Shown in pieces: positions 27,809-36,662 of a stretch of DNA of 64,000 nt. This DNA comes from an uncultured Anaerolineales bacterium (GTDB taxonomy: Bacteria > Chloroflexota > Anaerolineae > CG2-30-64-16), in NCBI GenBank assembly GCA_964513075.1, contig CAZELR010000006.1, positions 5,031 through 69,030 on the forward strand. The letters are read 5' to 3'. Every line of letters begins with the position of its first letter. The stretch's first letter is position 1. The position numbers and the translations under genes are program-made. The notes beneath the pieces were generated by a model, which was not told the origin of the DNA, made no database searches, and saw nothing but the letters and a program-made list of their open reading frames with translations.

Positions 27809-29161
27809 ATCGCATCACAGATTTTGGACGCACAGCCGCCCCAGGAGACCGCTCTCCTGGTCGGCGTTGAACTCAAGGGGCGGCCTTCGCCCTGGTCCCT
27901 GGCGGACTCGTTGACCGAGCTTGAACAGCTCGCGGAAACAGCCGGCCTCCGCGTAGTGGGGAGCATGGAGCAGCGCATCGAGCGCCCCAACCCCGCGACA
28001 CTGATTGGATCCGGCAAGGTCGAGGAACTGGTCGCCTTGCGCGCCGACACTGCAGCAGGCGTGATCATCTTCGACGACGAGTTGTCGCCTGCACAGCAGC
28101 GCGAACTGGAACGGGCGGTCGGAAATCCTAACGTCAAAGTCCTGGATCGCACAGCGCTCATCCTCGACATTTTTGCCCAACACGCGCATACGCGGGAAGG
28201 GGCGCTGCAGGTCGAGTTGGCACAGTACCAGTACCGCCTGCCGCGCCTGACCCGCGCATGGACACACCTGGCTCGGCAGACAGGCGGCGCCTCTGCCCGC
28301 GGCGGAGCAGGGGGCGGTGTAGGCGTACGCGGCCCGGGTGAGACTCAGCTTGAGGTTGACCGGCGAGAGATCGGCCGCCGTATTGCACATTTGAAAGAGG
28401 AGTTGGAAGAGGTTCGCAAGCATCGTGCTCAGTACCGGCGACACCGCAACGAAGAGGCGATTCCGGTTGTCGCGCTGGTGGGATATACCAATGCCGGCAA
28501 ATCCACACTTCTCAACGCGCTGAGCGGTTCCGATATTTACGCAGCCGATCAGCTCTTTGCGACCCTCGATCCAACGACCCGACGGATCAAATTACTTGGG
28601 GGCAGGGAAGTGCTGATTACCGATACGGTCGGTTTCATTCAAAAGCTGCCCACGACCTTAGTCGCGGCGTTCCGCGCGACGTTGGAGGAAATCGGTGAGG
28701 CGGACCTGTTGATACATGTAGTCGACATAACCCACGGGCAGGTAGAACAACAGGCCAGCACAGTCCTTAAGGTGTTACACGATCTTCAGGTTGCGCATCA
28801 GCCGATCATCACTGCGCTTAACAAGATCGATCAAATTCCCGGATTCGATGCTGCCGAGCTAAGCTTGGGGGATCTGGAGCACAATGTGGCTATCTCGGCG
28901 TTAACCGGGGAGGGGTTGCCAGCGCTGTTGCAACGCATCGAACAGGTATTGGATGAGGAATTGATCCAGATCACGGTGCGATTGCCTTATCAGCGTGGCG
29001 ATCTATTGAGTCTGCTGCACCAGCGAGGCGTCGTGCTCCGAGAGACACACGAGCAGGGGGGCACCTATGTCGTTGGCAAAGTGCCGGCAAATCTGCTCCA
29101 ACGCTTCGATTCTTATCTGTTGGTTGCCCCGCAACAGGGCGGCCTCCAACTTTCAAGCTGA
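27809..29161 (+). CDS. hflX: GTPase HflX (start probably ATC 27809; canonical alternative TTG 27824)
   Basis: Motifs IFAQHA.TREG.LQVELA, GPGETQLE.DRR, GYTNAGKS, LFATLDPT, DTVGF, NKID. Confidence 0.93.
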   Translation: MASQILDAQPPQETALLVGVELKGRPSPWSLADSLTELEQLAETAGLRVVGSMEQRIERPNPATLIGSGKVEELVALRADTAAGVIIFDDELSPAQQRELERAVGNPNVKVLDRTALILDIFAQHAHTREGALQVELAQYQYRLPRLTRAWTHLARQTGGASARGGAGGGVGVRGPGETQLEVDRREIGRRIAHLKEELEEVRKHRAQYRRHRNEEAIPVVALVGYTNAGKSTLLNALSGSDIYAADQLFATLDPTTRRIKLLGGREVLITDTVGFIQKLPTTLVAAFRATLEEIGEADLLIHVVDITHGQVEQQASTVLKVLHDLQVAHQPIITALNKIDQIPGFDAAELSLGDLEHNVAISALTGEGLPALLQRIEQVLDEELIQITVRLPYQRGDLLSLLHQRGVVLRETHEQGGTYVVGKVPANLLQRFDSYLLVAPQQGGLQLSS

Positions 29162-29865
29162 TGCCGCCGAAACCCGCTGACATCATGCAGGCAACATCCG
29201 TGCCTTCGCCGCCCGGTGAGATTGCCGCGTTCTTCGACATGGATCACACCCTGCTGCGAGGAAGTTCGGGTTACCTGTATCTGAAATACCTGTGGCAGAC
29301 AAGGTATCTGAGCCTTCATCACTGGCTTGTCATAATATTTCGAGTTGCACACTATGCGATCGGTCTCATTGATTTCCCGCGCCTGATGAGTCTGCTTATG
29401 AAGCGCGTCGCGGCCACTGGCGAGGCCGAGGCCTGGCGCATCAGTGCTGCCTGGTTTGAAACGATGCTGCGCCACTATGTGGCGGATCAAGCCCGTGAGC
29501 GCATTGCCTGGCATCGAAGGCAGGGCCATCATGTCGCCATCATATCCGCCGCCACACCCTATGCAGTCGAGCCGGTGGCGCGTAGTTTGGAGGTGGATTA
29601 CCTGGCAACTCGCCTGGAGGTCACAGGTGGTCAGTTTACGGGACAACTGATAGAACCAGCGTGCTATGGGGCAGGGAAGGTTGCCCTGGCGACGGCATAT
29701 GCCGCGGAGCACGGGGTGGAGCTGCGGAGCTGCTACTTCTATTCCGACAGTCACACCGATTTGCCGCTCCTGGAGGCTGTCGGCCATCCGGTAGCCGTGA
29801 ATCCCAGCCGCAAGCTTGCGCAAATCGCAGCTCAACGCGCCTGGCCCGTGATGCGATTCTATTGA
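29161..29865 (+). CDS. HAD-IB family phosphatase (SerB-like)
   Basis: Motifs FFDMDHTL, IISA, GKV, YSDS.TDLPLL, VNP. Confidence 0.9.
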   Translation: MPPKPADIMQATSVPSPPGEIAAFFDMDHTLLRGSSGYLYLKYLWQTRYLSLHHWLVIIFRVAHYAIGLIDFPRLMSLLMKRVAATGEAEAWRISAAWFETMLRHYVADQARERIAWHRRQGHHVAIISAATPYAVEPVARSLEVDYLATRLEVTGGQFTGQLIEPACYGAGKVALATAYAAEHGVELRSCYFYSDSHTDLPLLEAVGHPVAVNPSRKLAQIAAQRAWPVMRFY

Positions 29866-29959
29866 TTGCGTTATGTCATGTTTATTTCTGTGATTTATAT
29901 TCACACTATACATGTTATGTCGATAATTAGGAATTAGAGAACTAAAACTCGACATAATA

Positions 29960-30100
29960 GGCACAGTTCGCATCACATGCCGCTAGGTAAGTGAGCATTG
30001 CGGCAACATAATGCGCGCGCGAACCCATCGAACAGAACTGAACACCTGCAGGTTTGATGTTTCGTGCGCTCACTTACGGTAAGCGCATGACAACTGTGTC
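29960..30100 (+). ncRNA. Candidate structured RNA (branched long hairpin), family unknown
   Basis: Seven helices totalling about 47 bp with a three-way junction, three G-U pairs and no A-C mismatches within helices on +. A possible promoter TTCACA-16-GATAAT lies at 29900-29927. Confidence 0.5.
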
Positions 30101-30179
30101 AAAATAACCGTGTTGGCTGAGTGGCATGTCCAGGACGCGACCACTCCCCCACCGAGCGAGACAGAAGAGGGGTTATACC

Positions 30180-31358
30180 ATGCGCTGGTGGCGTGGCTTT
30201 GTTTTTGGGGCTATAGTTGGAATTTTGGCGGGTGGCGTTTTTTTGCTTGGCTTTGAACTGGGAGGCCGGCGAAGTTCCAACGCGGGCGCCGACAGCGAAT
30301 TCAGCACGCTCTGGACGGTGCGTAACCTGCTAAAACGCGGCTTTATTGGCGAAACGCCATCGGTGCAAGCGCAGGTGTACGGCGCGACACGCGGCCTGGT
30401 CGCAACCTATGGGGACCCATACACGGTCTTCGTGGAACCCGTGGCGCGTGAAATCGAACGCGATGAGCTGCGCGGCCACTTTGGCGGCATCGGCGCCTAC
30501 GTCGGACGAGACGAGGCTGGCAACGTAGTGCTCACAACGATGCGTGACCGGCCGGCCGCCCGCGCGGGCGTCCAAGATGGCGATGTCCTGCTCGCAATCG
30601 ACGGCAAGTTGATTCCATCGGAGATGAAAGTTGAAGAAATCATCACGCTGGTGCGCGGCGAGGTCGGGACGCAGGTAACCCTCTCACTCCAGCGCCGGGG
30701 GGAAAATGCCCCTTTGCAGGTCGCTGTAATGCGCGAGCGAATCGAAACGCCCAGCGTCGAATGGCGCGTGCTGGATGCTGAGCGCCGGGTAGGATACGTT
30801 CGCATCAGCATTTTCGGTGAGCAGACGGCACAGGAACTGCGCGCCGGGTTAGCCGAGTTAGCTGACCAGAAGGTCGACCGCCTGGTGCTTGACCTTCGCG
30901 GGAACGGAGGAGGTCTGGTAGACGCGGCCGTGGAAATCACGAGCCAGTTCCTGCGCAAGGGCCAAGTCTTGCGCGAAGTCAAGCGTGAAAACCAGGAGCG
31001 CTTCTACCCGGTTAAGACCGTCAGCAGCCCGGCCTTCGATTGGGAGATCGCGCTCCTGATCGACGGCGGGACTGCCAGTGCATCTGAAATCGTGGCGGGG
31101 GCGCTGCGCGATCAAAGACAAGCGATTCTGATCGGCGAAAAGACCTTCGGCAAGGGTTCAGTTCAGGAAGTCCACGAGCTGCCCGATGGCTCCTCCCTGC
31201 ACGTGACCGTTGCCCGTTGGCTGACGCCCAACGGGCGCCAAATCGATGGCAGTGGCCTGGCGCCCGATATCGAGGTAAACATATCCGCCGAAGATCGTGA
31301 TGCTGGTTACGATCCTCAATTGGCCCGCGCCCGGGCCTGGCTGCTTGGCGACCGTTGA
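30180..31358 (+). CDS. ctpA: S41A carboxyl-terminal protease (CtpA), copy 1
   Basis: N-terminal TM, PDZ GGIGA, LDLRGNGGG, TASASEIVAG, TFGKG. ATG 30180 follows GAGGGG. Confidence 0.9.
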   Translation: MRWWRGFVFGAIVGILAGGVFLLGFELGGRRSSNAGADSEFSTLWTVRNLLKRGFIGETPSVQAQVYGATRGLVATYGDPYTVFVEPVAREIERDELRGHFGGIGAYVGRDEAGNVVLTTMRDRPAARAGVQDGDVLLAIDGKLIPSEMKVEEIITLVRGEVGTQVTLSLQRRGENAPLQVAVMRERIETPSVEWRVLDAERRVGYVRISIFGEQTAQELRAGLAELADQKVDRLVLDLRGNGGGLVDAAVEITSQFLRKGQVLREVKRENQERFYPVKTVSSPAFDWEIALLIDGGTASASEIVAGALRDQRQAILIGEKTFGKGSVQEVHELPDGSSLHVTVARWLTPNGRQIDGSGLAPDIEVNISAEDRDAGYDPQLARARAWLLGDR

Positions 31359-31390
31359 CGTGTTTAGGAATTATGTAAACAGGTGAAGCT

Positions 31391-32725
31391 ATGAAATCAA
31401 GTCTGTCCACAACCATTCTAAAATTGCTCGTTGTTGCTATCGCGGGAACCATCCTGGCGTTGGCAGCTTTCGGCATCGGTGTCAGTGTTGGCGCCGCAGC
31501 CCGCCCCGCCCCCCTGCCCTCACAGGAGGCAGCGGCCCCAGCAGTCTGCGCACCCACGCCACTCTCAGCTAACGAACTGGCGCCTGATACCAAGCCGCCC
31601 GCTGCTACGCCGACTCCTGCCGCGCGAACCACAGCGCCCGCGGCCGGTAAAGATACGTCAGAGGGTCCTTTAGACATGGCTCTCTTCAACGAAGCCTGGA
31701 ATCTACTCGAGGAGCAGTTTTACGGCGATTTACCCACTGGCGAAGATATCACTTATGCAGCTATTCGCGGCGTGCTGGAAAGCCTGGGCGATCAACATAC
31801 CGCCTTCCTGACCCCTAAACAGGCCGAACAAGAGAATTCCGTCATGCAGGGCGAATTTGAGGGAATCGGCGCGGGCGTTGCGCGGGCTGAGGGGGGCGGC
31901 GTCGAGATCAAATACCTCTATGACGAACAGCCTGCTCAGAAAGCCGGCGTCAGAGTGGGTGATGTAATCATTGCAGTCAACGGAGCAGATGTCACGAAGC
32001 TTGACCTCACCGATGCAATCGCCTTGATTCGGGGGCCGCGCGACACGAAGGTCATCCTGTCGATCCAGCGCAAAGACCAGGAACCGTTTGATCTGACCGT
32101 AACGCGGGCACGCATCGAGATTCCGGTGGTTGAGACCAAGACGTTGGCGGATGGCAAGGTCGAATATATCGCATTGGCCGAGTTCAGTAGTGTTGCGCCG
32201 AAACGGCTCGCTGAAGCGCTGAATCAGGCGCTGGACCGCAAGCCGACGGGGATCATTCTCGATCTGCGCGGTAATCCAGGTGGCTGGCTCGACGCTGCCG
32301 TCAGTATCGGTAGTTACTTTGTTCCCGATGGAAACATTGTCATTGAGCGATTCAAGGACCAGCCTGAGCAGACTTACTCCCGAAAAGGCCGTTACCTCTT
32401 GGGCGATATTCCTCTGGTCGTGCTGGTCGATGGTGGCAGCGCCAGCGCGTCTGAGATTGTCGCCGGAGCCATCCAGGACGCCGGCACCGGCGTCCTGATC
32501 GGAGAGACGACCTACGGCAAAGGTTCAGTGCAACTTCCCAATAGCTTGAGCGATGGCTCGCAGCTCAGAGTCACCATCGCGCGTTGGTTCACGCCCAAGG
32601 ATCGCGAGATTCACGAAAAGGGGTTGGTCCCCGACATTGAGGTGCCGATTACCCAGGAGGATATCGAAGCGGAGCGGGACCCTCAACTGGACCGCGCCGT
32701 TGAGTATCTTCTGACTGGCAAATAA
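31391..32725 (+). CDS. ctpA: S41A carboxyl-terminal protease (CtpA), copy 2
   Basis: TM plus P/A-rich linker, FEGIGA, LDLRGNPGG, SASASEIVAG, TYGKG. Confidence 0.9.
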   Translation: MKSSLSTTILKLLVVAIAGTILALAAFGIGVSVGAAARPAPLPSQEAAAPAVCAPTPLSANELAPDTKPPAATPTPAARTTAPAAGKDTSEGPLDMALFNEAWNLLEEQFYGDLPTGEDITYAAIRGVLESLGDQHTAFLTPKQAEQENSVMQGEFEGIGAGVARAEGGGVEIKYLYDEQPAQKAGVRVGDVIIAVNGADVTKLDLTDAIALIRGPRDTKVILSIQRKDQEPFDLTVTRARIEIPVVETKTLADGKVEYIALAEFSSVAPKRLAEALNQALDRKPTGIILDLRGNPGGWLDAAVSIGSYFVPDGNIVIERFKDQPEQTYSRKGRYLLGDIPLVVLVDGGSASASEIVAGAIQDAGTGVLIGETTYGKGSVQLPNSLSDGSQLRVTIARWFTPKDREIHEKGLVPDIEVPITQEDIEAERDPQLDRAVEYLLTGK

Positions 32726-32744
32726 CTCATCCGAAGAGGTTCCG

Positions 32745-33221
32745 GTGACAAAGCAAAACGAGCAAGGCACCAAGCGCGTTGCCACCAATCGCAAGGCGCT
32801 GCACGACTACTTCATCGAAGACACCTTTGAAGCCGGGATCGCTTTGACCGGCACGGAGATCAAGTCAGTGCGGGCATCGGCGGTGAATCTGCGCGATGGC
32901 TTTGTAGTCATCAAGAATCATGAAGCCTGGCTGTTGAATGTGCACATCTCACCCTACAGCTTCGGCAATCGCGAGAATCACGAGCCGCGCCGCGAGCGCA
33001 AGCTACTGCTGCATCGCCAGGAAATCCGAAAACTGCTCAGCAAAGTCTCGGAGCGCGGCTGGACGATTGTGCCGTTGACTATGTACCTGAAGGAGGGACG
33101 CGCCAAGGTTGAAATTGCGTTAGTGCGCGGCAAGCGGCTCTATGATAAACGCGATGCCGTAGCTGAACATGATGCGGATCGGGAGTTACAGCGCGCGATT
33201 AAAGAGTGGGACCGCGAGTAG
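32745..33221 (+). CDS. smpB: SsrA-binding protein
   Basis: Motifs NRKALHDY, EAGIAL.GTEIKS, RKLLLHR.EI, GKRLYDKR. Confidence 0.97.
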   Translation: MTKQNEQGTKRVATNRKALHDYFIEDTFEAGIALTGTEIKSVRASAVNLRDGFVVIKNHEAWLLNVHISPYSFGNRENHEPRRERKLLLHRQEIRKLLSKVSERGWTIVPLTMYLKEGRAKVEIALVRGKRLYDKRDAVAEHDADRELQRAIKEWDRE

Positions 33222-33227
33222 CGCTGC

Positions 33228-33256
33228 TTGCCTTGAAACCGGGCTTATGGTATACT
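33228..33256 (+). promoter_or_regulatory. ssrA promoter
   Basis: TTGCCT, 17 bp, TATACT with extended TGn. Confidence 0.7.
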
Positions 33257-33267
33257 TCTCAGCATAT

Positions 33268-33681
33268 GGGGATGAATGGTTTCGACGGGGCAAATAGGTC
33301 GTAAGCTGCAAGCCGAGGCGCTCTCACCTCGCAAATCCAGAGCAAAAACACAACTGCCAACACAGGCAAAATGTTCACCTTCCCCTTCGCTCGCACCAAC
33401 GCCATGGCGCTGGCTGCGTAACGAGGAGAGGCTCTGAACAAACTGGTCGCCTAGCGACCACGGTGCCCTCGCCGGGGCCAGGCGGCGACGAGGTGCATCG
33501 TCATAGACCGTAAGGTGCAGTCCGCAGATGCCGATATGCGGGACTAAGATCTTCGGCTAGCTGAGCTAGTGGACAGTGGTCACTGCTGGACCGCTCGGTG
33601 AAATCCAAATCAGAGACTAAGCTTGTAGGCGCTTGCGGTCGTTTGTTTCGGACCCGGGTTCGACTCCCGGCATCTCCACCA
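33268..33681 (+). ncRNA. ssrA: tmRNA
   Basis: 5' GGGGATGAATGGTTTCGAC; 3' CCGGGTTCGACTCCCGG CATCTCC ACCA; acceptor stem with G3-U. Tag ORF 33356-33421 = ANTGKMFTFPFARTNAMALAA*. Follows smpB. Confidence 0.96.
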
Positions 33682-33724
33682 AAAAGTAAGGCCCGATCTG
33701 CGGAGATCGGGCCTTACTTTTTGG
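33679..33724. terminator. Bidirectional intrinsic terminator after ssrA
   Basis: CCAAAAAGTAAGGCCCGATCT-GCGG-AGATCGGGCCTTACTTTTTGG, a 21-bp perfect inverted repeat. Confidence 0.92.
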
Positions 33725-33738
33725 GCGTAACCGGCTCC

Positions 33739-33767
33739 TTGCATCTCTCCAGGGCCTATGCTATGAT
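33739..33767 (+). promoter_or_regulatory. sigma70-type promoter upstream of the IMPase/CysQ gene
   Basis: TTGCAT, 17 bp, TATGAT with extended TGn. Confidence 0.65.
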
Positions 33768-33828
33768 CCCGTTCATCGAGTATAAATAACACTCGCTACA
33801 ACACTCGGCCCGAGAAGAAGACAATACT

Positions 33829-34710
33829 GTGAACTCCGATATTGAGACGGCCGCATCGCCGCTGGTTGCGCCTAACTTCAGTCAGGAATTGAAGTCAGCA
33901 ATTCGCCTGGCGCGTGAGGCAGGCGCTATCGTCAAGACATTCTATGATGTGCCGCTGACAGTCCGCTGGAAAGATCCCACGGATCCCGTCACAGAGGCGG
34001 ATCGTGCGGTGAATGCGTACCTGGTCAAGCAGTTCAGCCAGCTCTTTCCGGCCGATGGGGTCATGGCCGAGGAATCGAAGGAGGACCTCTCTCGCCTGCA
34101 GCGCGAGCGTGTCTGGATCATCGATCCGCTGGACGGCACAGCAGAGTTTATCGCGCATAACGGCGAGTTCTGCATCATGATTGGACTGGCGCTGGCGGGC
34201 CGGCCCGTCGTAGGCGTGGTGTACCAGCCCATCGATGATATTCTCTATGCCGCAGCACTGGGCACTGGCGCCTTTGTCGAAGAGTTTGGCGCCCGCTATC
34301 GTTTGAGTGTCTCGAAACAGCAGGAGATCAAAAAGCTGCGCTTAGTTGTGAGTCGCTCGCATCGCCCACCGCTCGTTGACAGTGTCATTGCGCGCATGGG
34401 CCTCCAGCGCGAGCGCGCCATCGGCAGCGTTGGCCTCAAAATCGGCTTGATTGCGCGCGGTCGGGCCGAATTTTATGTGCATCCCAATGCTGGCACCAAA
34501 GAATGGGACACGTGTGCCCCTGATATTATCGTTCGTGAAGCTGGCGGCACGATGACTGACTGTTGGGGCCGCCCTCTGCGTTACAATCAAACGGACGTCG
34601 TGCGCCGCTTTGGTGTTTTGGCCAGTCATCGCATACTGCACAACCAGATTGCTGATGCCGTGGGAGAAGTCCTGGACGAAGCCGGCGTCGATCCGGACTT
34701 TGGATTCTAA
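33829..34710 (+). CDS. cysQ: Inositol monophosphatase family, CysQ-like 3'(2'),5'-bisphosphate nucleotidase
   Basis: Motifs PVTEAD, WIIDPLDGTAEF, VVSRSH, GSVGLK, KEWDTCA. Confidence 0.82.
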   Translation: MNSDIETAASPLVAPNFSQELKSAIRLAREAGAIVKTFYDVPLTVRWKDPTDPVTEADRAVNAYLVKQFSQLFPADGVMAEESKEDLSRLQRERVWIIDPLDGTAEFIAHNGEFCIMIGLALAGRPVVGVVYQPIDDILYAAALGTGAFVEEFGARYRLSVSKQQEIKKLRLVVSRSHRPPLVDSVIARMGLQRERAIGSVGLKIGLIARGRAEFYVHPNAGTKEWDTCAPDIIVREAGGTMTDCWGRPLRYNQTDVVRRFGVLASHRILHNQIADAVGEVLDEAGVDPDFGF

Positions 34711-34712
34711 GC

Positions 34713-35591
34713 ATGGTTGTTCCCGGTTGGTTGAAGCCCCCCGCTTGGGTCGACCAGAGCGACGCCGACACGGCTGAACGGGTCGGACTTGCCGCCTCTC
34801 GCGAAACACCGATCTTCTTGCGCGAAGTTACGAGCTGGGACCTGCGTTGGCAGCGCATGCTGTTTCAAGTCTTGCTGCCGCCCCAGTTATTGATCGCGTA
34901 TCGAATCGATCCAATCAAGCTAACTGATGTCGAAGGCCGCCCGGTGGTTTTCACCCGGGCTGGAAGCAACCGCAGCAGTTTCCGGCTGGAGCTCTTTCAT
35001 GCCGGAGATAGCACCGAACCGATGGCCGAGATTGAGATGTGTGACACCACCTTCAATCAGATCGAGGTCGTCTGGGTGTCGCTGCAGGACCCGTTTGCGC
35101 CGCGTTTCGACATTGATGTCCTGCCTAGTGGCGAGTCTACAGCGCGCGGCACGACCGGCCGAAATCTGACCGCAGAAGCAGCCGCCAAAGCCGCTGGCCT
35201 GAGTCCAGGCCAGATTCGCCGCGGGCTCCGCTCCCTCAACTGGCTGGCCGAACGCCTGGAGACCTTGATGCTTTGTCTGAACCAGCGCGAGTACATCGTC
35301 CAGCCTCTCTATTATCATACAGCGGCCTTATTCGAACAGTACGGCTTCGGATATACTCTGGGCCAGAGTCGCATGGAAAAAATCCACCAAGCATTTGCGC
35401 CGGGAGGCGAACTGTGGTCGCGCCTGGATGGGTCGACACCATTTCGTTGCCCTGAGCAGGCCGATAGCCTTCGCGGCCGCTCTTGGGCAATCCACGATGG
35501 CATTCTCAACCAGCCATGGGATCGCGTGCGCATGGTAAAGCGCCTGGGCATGACTGCCGGCGCGAATACTTGTCCGGGAGTGCCTTGGTAG
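34713..35591 (+). CDS. Conserved hypothetical protein, possible GNAT-like fold
   Basis: QPLYYHTAALFEQYGF resembles GNAT motif B. Other conserved-looking blocks are GRNL.AE..A..AGL.PGQIRRGL and RGRSWAIHDGIL. Confidence 0.5.
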   Translation: MVVPGWLKPPAWVDQSDADTAERVGLAASRETPIFLREVTSWDLRWQRMLFQVLLPPQLLIAYRIDPIKLTDVEGRPVVFTRAGSNRSSFRLELFHAGDSTEPMAEIEMCDTTFNQIEVVWVSLQDPFAPRFDIDVLPSGESTARGTTGRNLTAEAAAKAAGLSPGQIRRGLRSLNWLAERLETLMLCLNQREYIVQPLYYHTAALFEQYGFGYTLGQSRMEKIHQAFAPGGELWSRLDGSTPFRCPEQADSLRGRSWAIHDGILNQPWDRVRMVKRLGMTAGANTCPGVPW

Positions 35592-35616
35592 AGCCAGTCA
35601 AAAAGGAGAAGTCGGC

Positions 35617-36516
35617 ATGGAACAAGTACGTTTCGGTGTGATCGGCGGCAGCGGCGTCTATGACATGGCGCAGCTAAGCAATGTGCGTGACGTTCGGCTC
35701 GATACGCCGTTTGGTGCGCCTTCAGATGCCTACATCATTGGTGACATCGATGGTCAGTCCGTCGCTTTTCTGCCACGCCATGGCCGCGGCCATCGCATCA
35801 GCCCAACGCATCTGAACAACCGCGCCAATATTTATGGCTTCAAGATGTTGGGAGTGGAGTACCTGATCTCTATCAGCGCCTGCGGCAGCCTGCAGCCGCA
35901 GTACCACCCCGGGGATATCGTGGTGCCGGATCAGTTGTTCGATCGCACGCGGCTGCGGACACTCAGTTTTTTTGATGATCCCAGCGCTGGCACCGGCGGG
36001 TTGGTCGTTCATGTTTCAGTGGCCGAGCCATTTTGCAGTTATCTCAGTCGCGTGTGTGTTGAGGCAGTAGCGGCCACCGGACACAAGGTTCACAGCGGCG
36101 GGACACTGGTAACAATTGAGGGGCCACGCTTCAGCACAAAAGCTGAGAGCCTAGCCTTTCAGCAATTAGGATTTGCCCTCATCGGCATGACAGCCGTGCC
36201 GGAGACATTCCTGGCGCGTGAAGCCGGCATCAGCTATGCAACCATGGCGCATGTCACGGACTACGATGTCTGGCATTCTACGGAAGCTGCGGTAACGGTA
36301 GAGATGATCGTCCAGCAGCTGCTGGCTAACGCCGAGGTCGCAAAGGAATCAGTCATGAATGCGATCCGCTTGCTGCGCCATGCCCCCCCCTCCCCTCACG
36401 CCGACGCGCTGAAAGATGCCATTATCACCAGTCGCACTGCTATCCCTTCCGAGGCACTGACACGCCTCGACCTTGTGATTGGCAATTATATGAAGGCGCA
36501 AGGCTCCGCGTCGTAA
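35617..36516 (+). CDS. mtnP: S-methyl-5'-thioadenosine phosphorylase
   Basis: Motifs GVIGGSG, TPFG.PSD, PRHGRGH, IEGPRFSTKAES, GMT..PE..LARE, VTDYD.W. Confidence 0.93.
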   Translation: MEQVRFGVIGGSGVYDMAQLSNVRDVRLDTPFGAPSDAYIIGDIDGQSVAFLPRHGRGHRISPTHLNNRANIYGFKMLGVEYLISISACGSLQPQYHPGDIVVPDQLFDRTRLRTLSFFDDPSAGTGGLVVHVSVAEPFCSYLSRVCVEAVAATGHKVHSGGTLVTIEGPRFSTKAESLAFQQLGFALIGMTAVPETFLAREAGISYATMAHVTDYDVWHSTEAAVTVEMIVQQLLANAEVAKESVMNAIRLLRHAPPSPHADALKDAIITSRTAIPSEALTRLDLVIGNYMKAQGSAS

Positions 36517-36561
36517 ATACAAAGGGGGCGAAGAGCTTATTGCTTCGCCCCCTTTGTATTT
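36515..36561. terminator. Bidirectional terminator between mtnP and dsbA
   Basis: AAATACAAAGGGGGCGAAG / CTTCGCCCCCTTTGTATTT, a 19-bp perfect inverted repeat with a 9-nt loop, between convergent genes. Confidence 0.9.
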
Positions 36562-36662
36562 AGATGCGAGATATTTCGCATAGCCTAGTTGGTCTTGAAA
36601 GTTCGTTTAGGTTGCTTTATTCCAATATTCTATTGCTACGCGAAAATTATAACAATACGCTA

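Noticed and set aside
29889-29905. Canonical CRP or Rex site
   Set aside because: The spacer is 7 bp rather than 6. It is kept only as an unassigned inverted repeat.
33788-33807. Direct repeat AACACTCG x2 upstream of cysQ
   Set aside because: Only two 8-bp copies downstream of the promoter; too weak to call an operator.
33655-33830. Integrative element at the ssrA 3' end (a common attB)
   Set aside because: tmRNA is followed directly by a terminator and cysQ. No integrase or duplicated 3' fragment was seen in the window.
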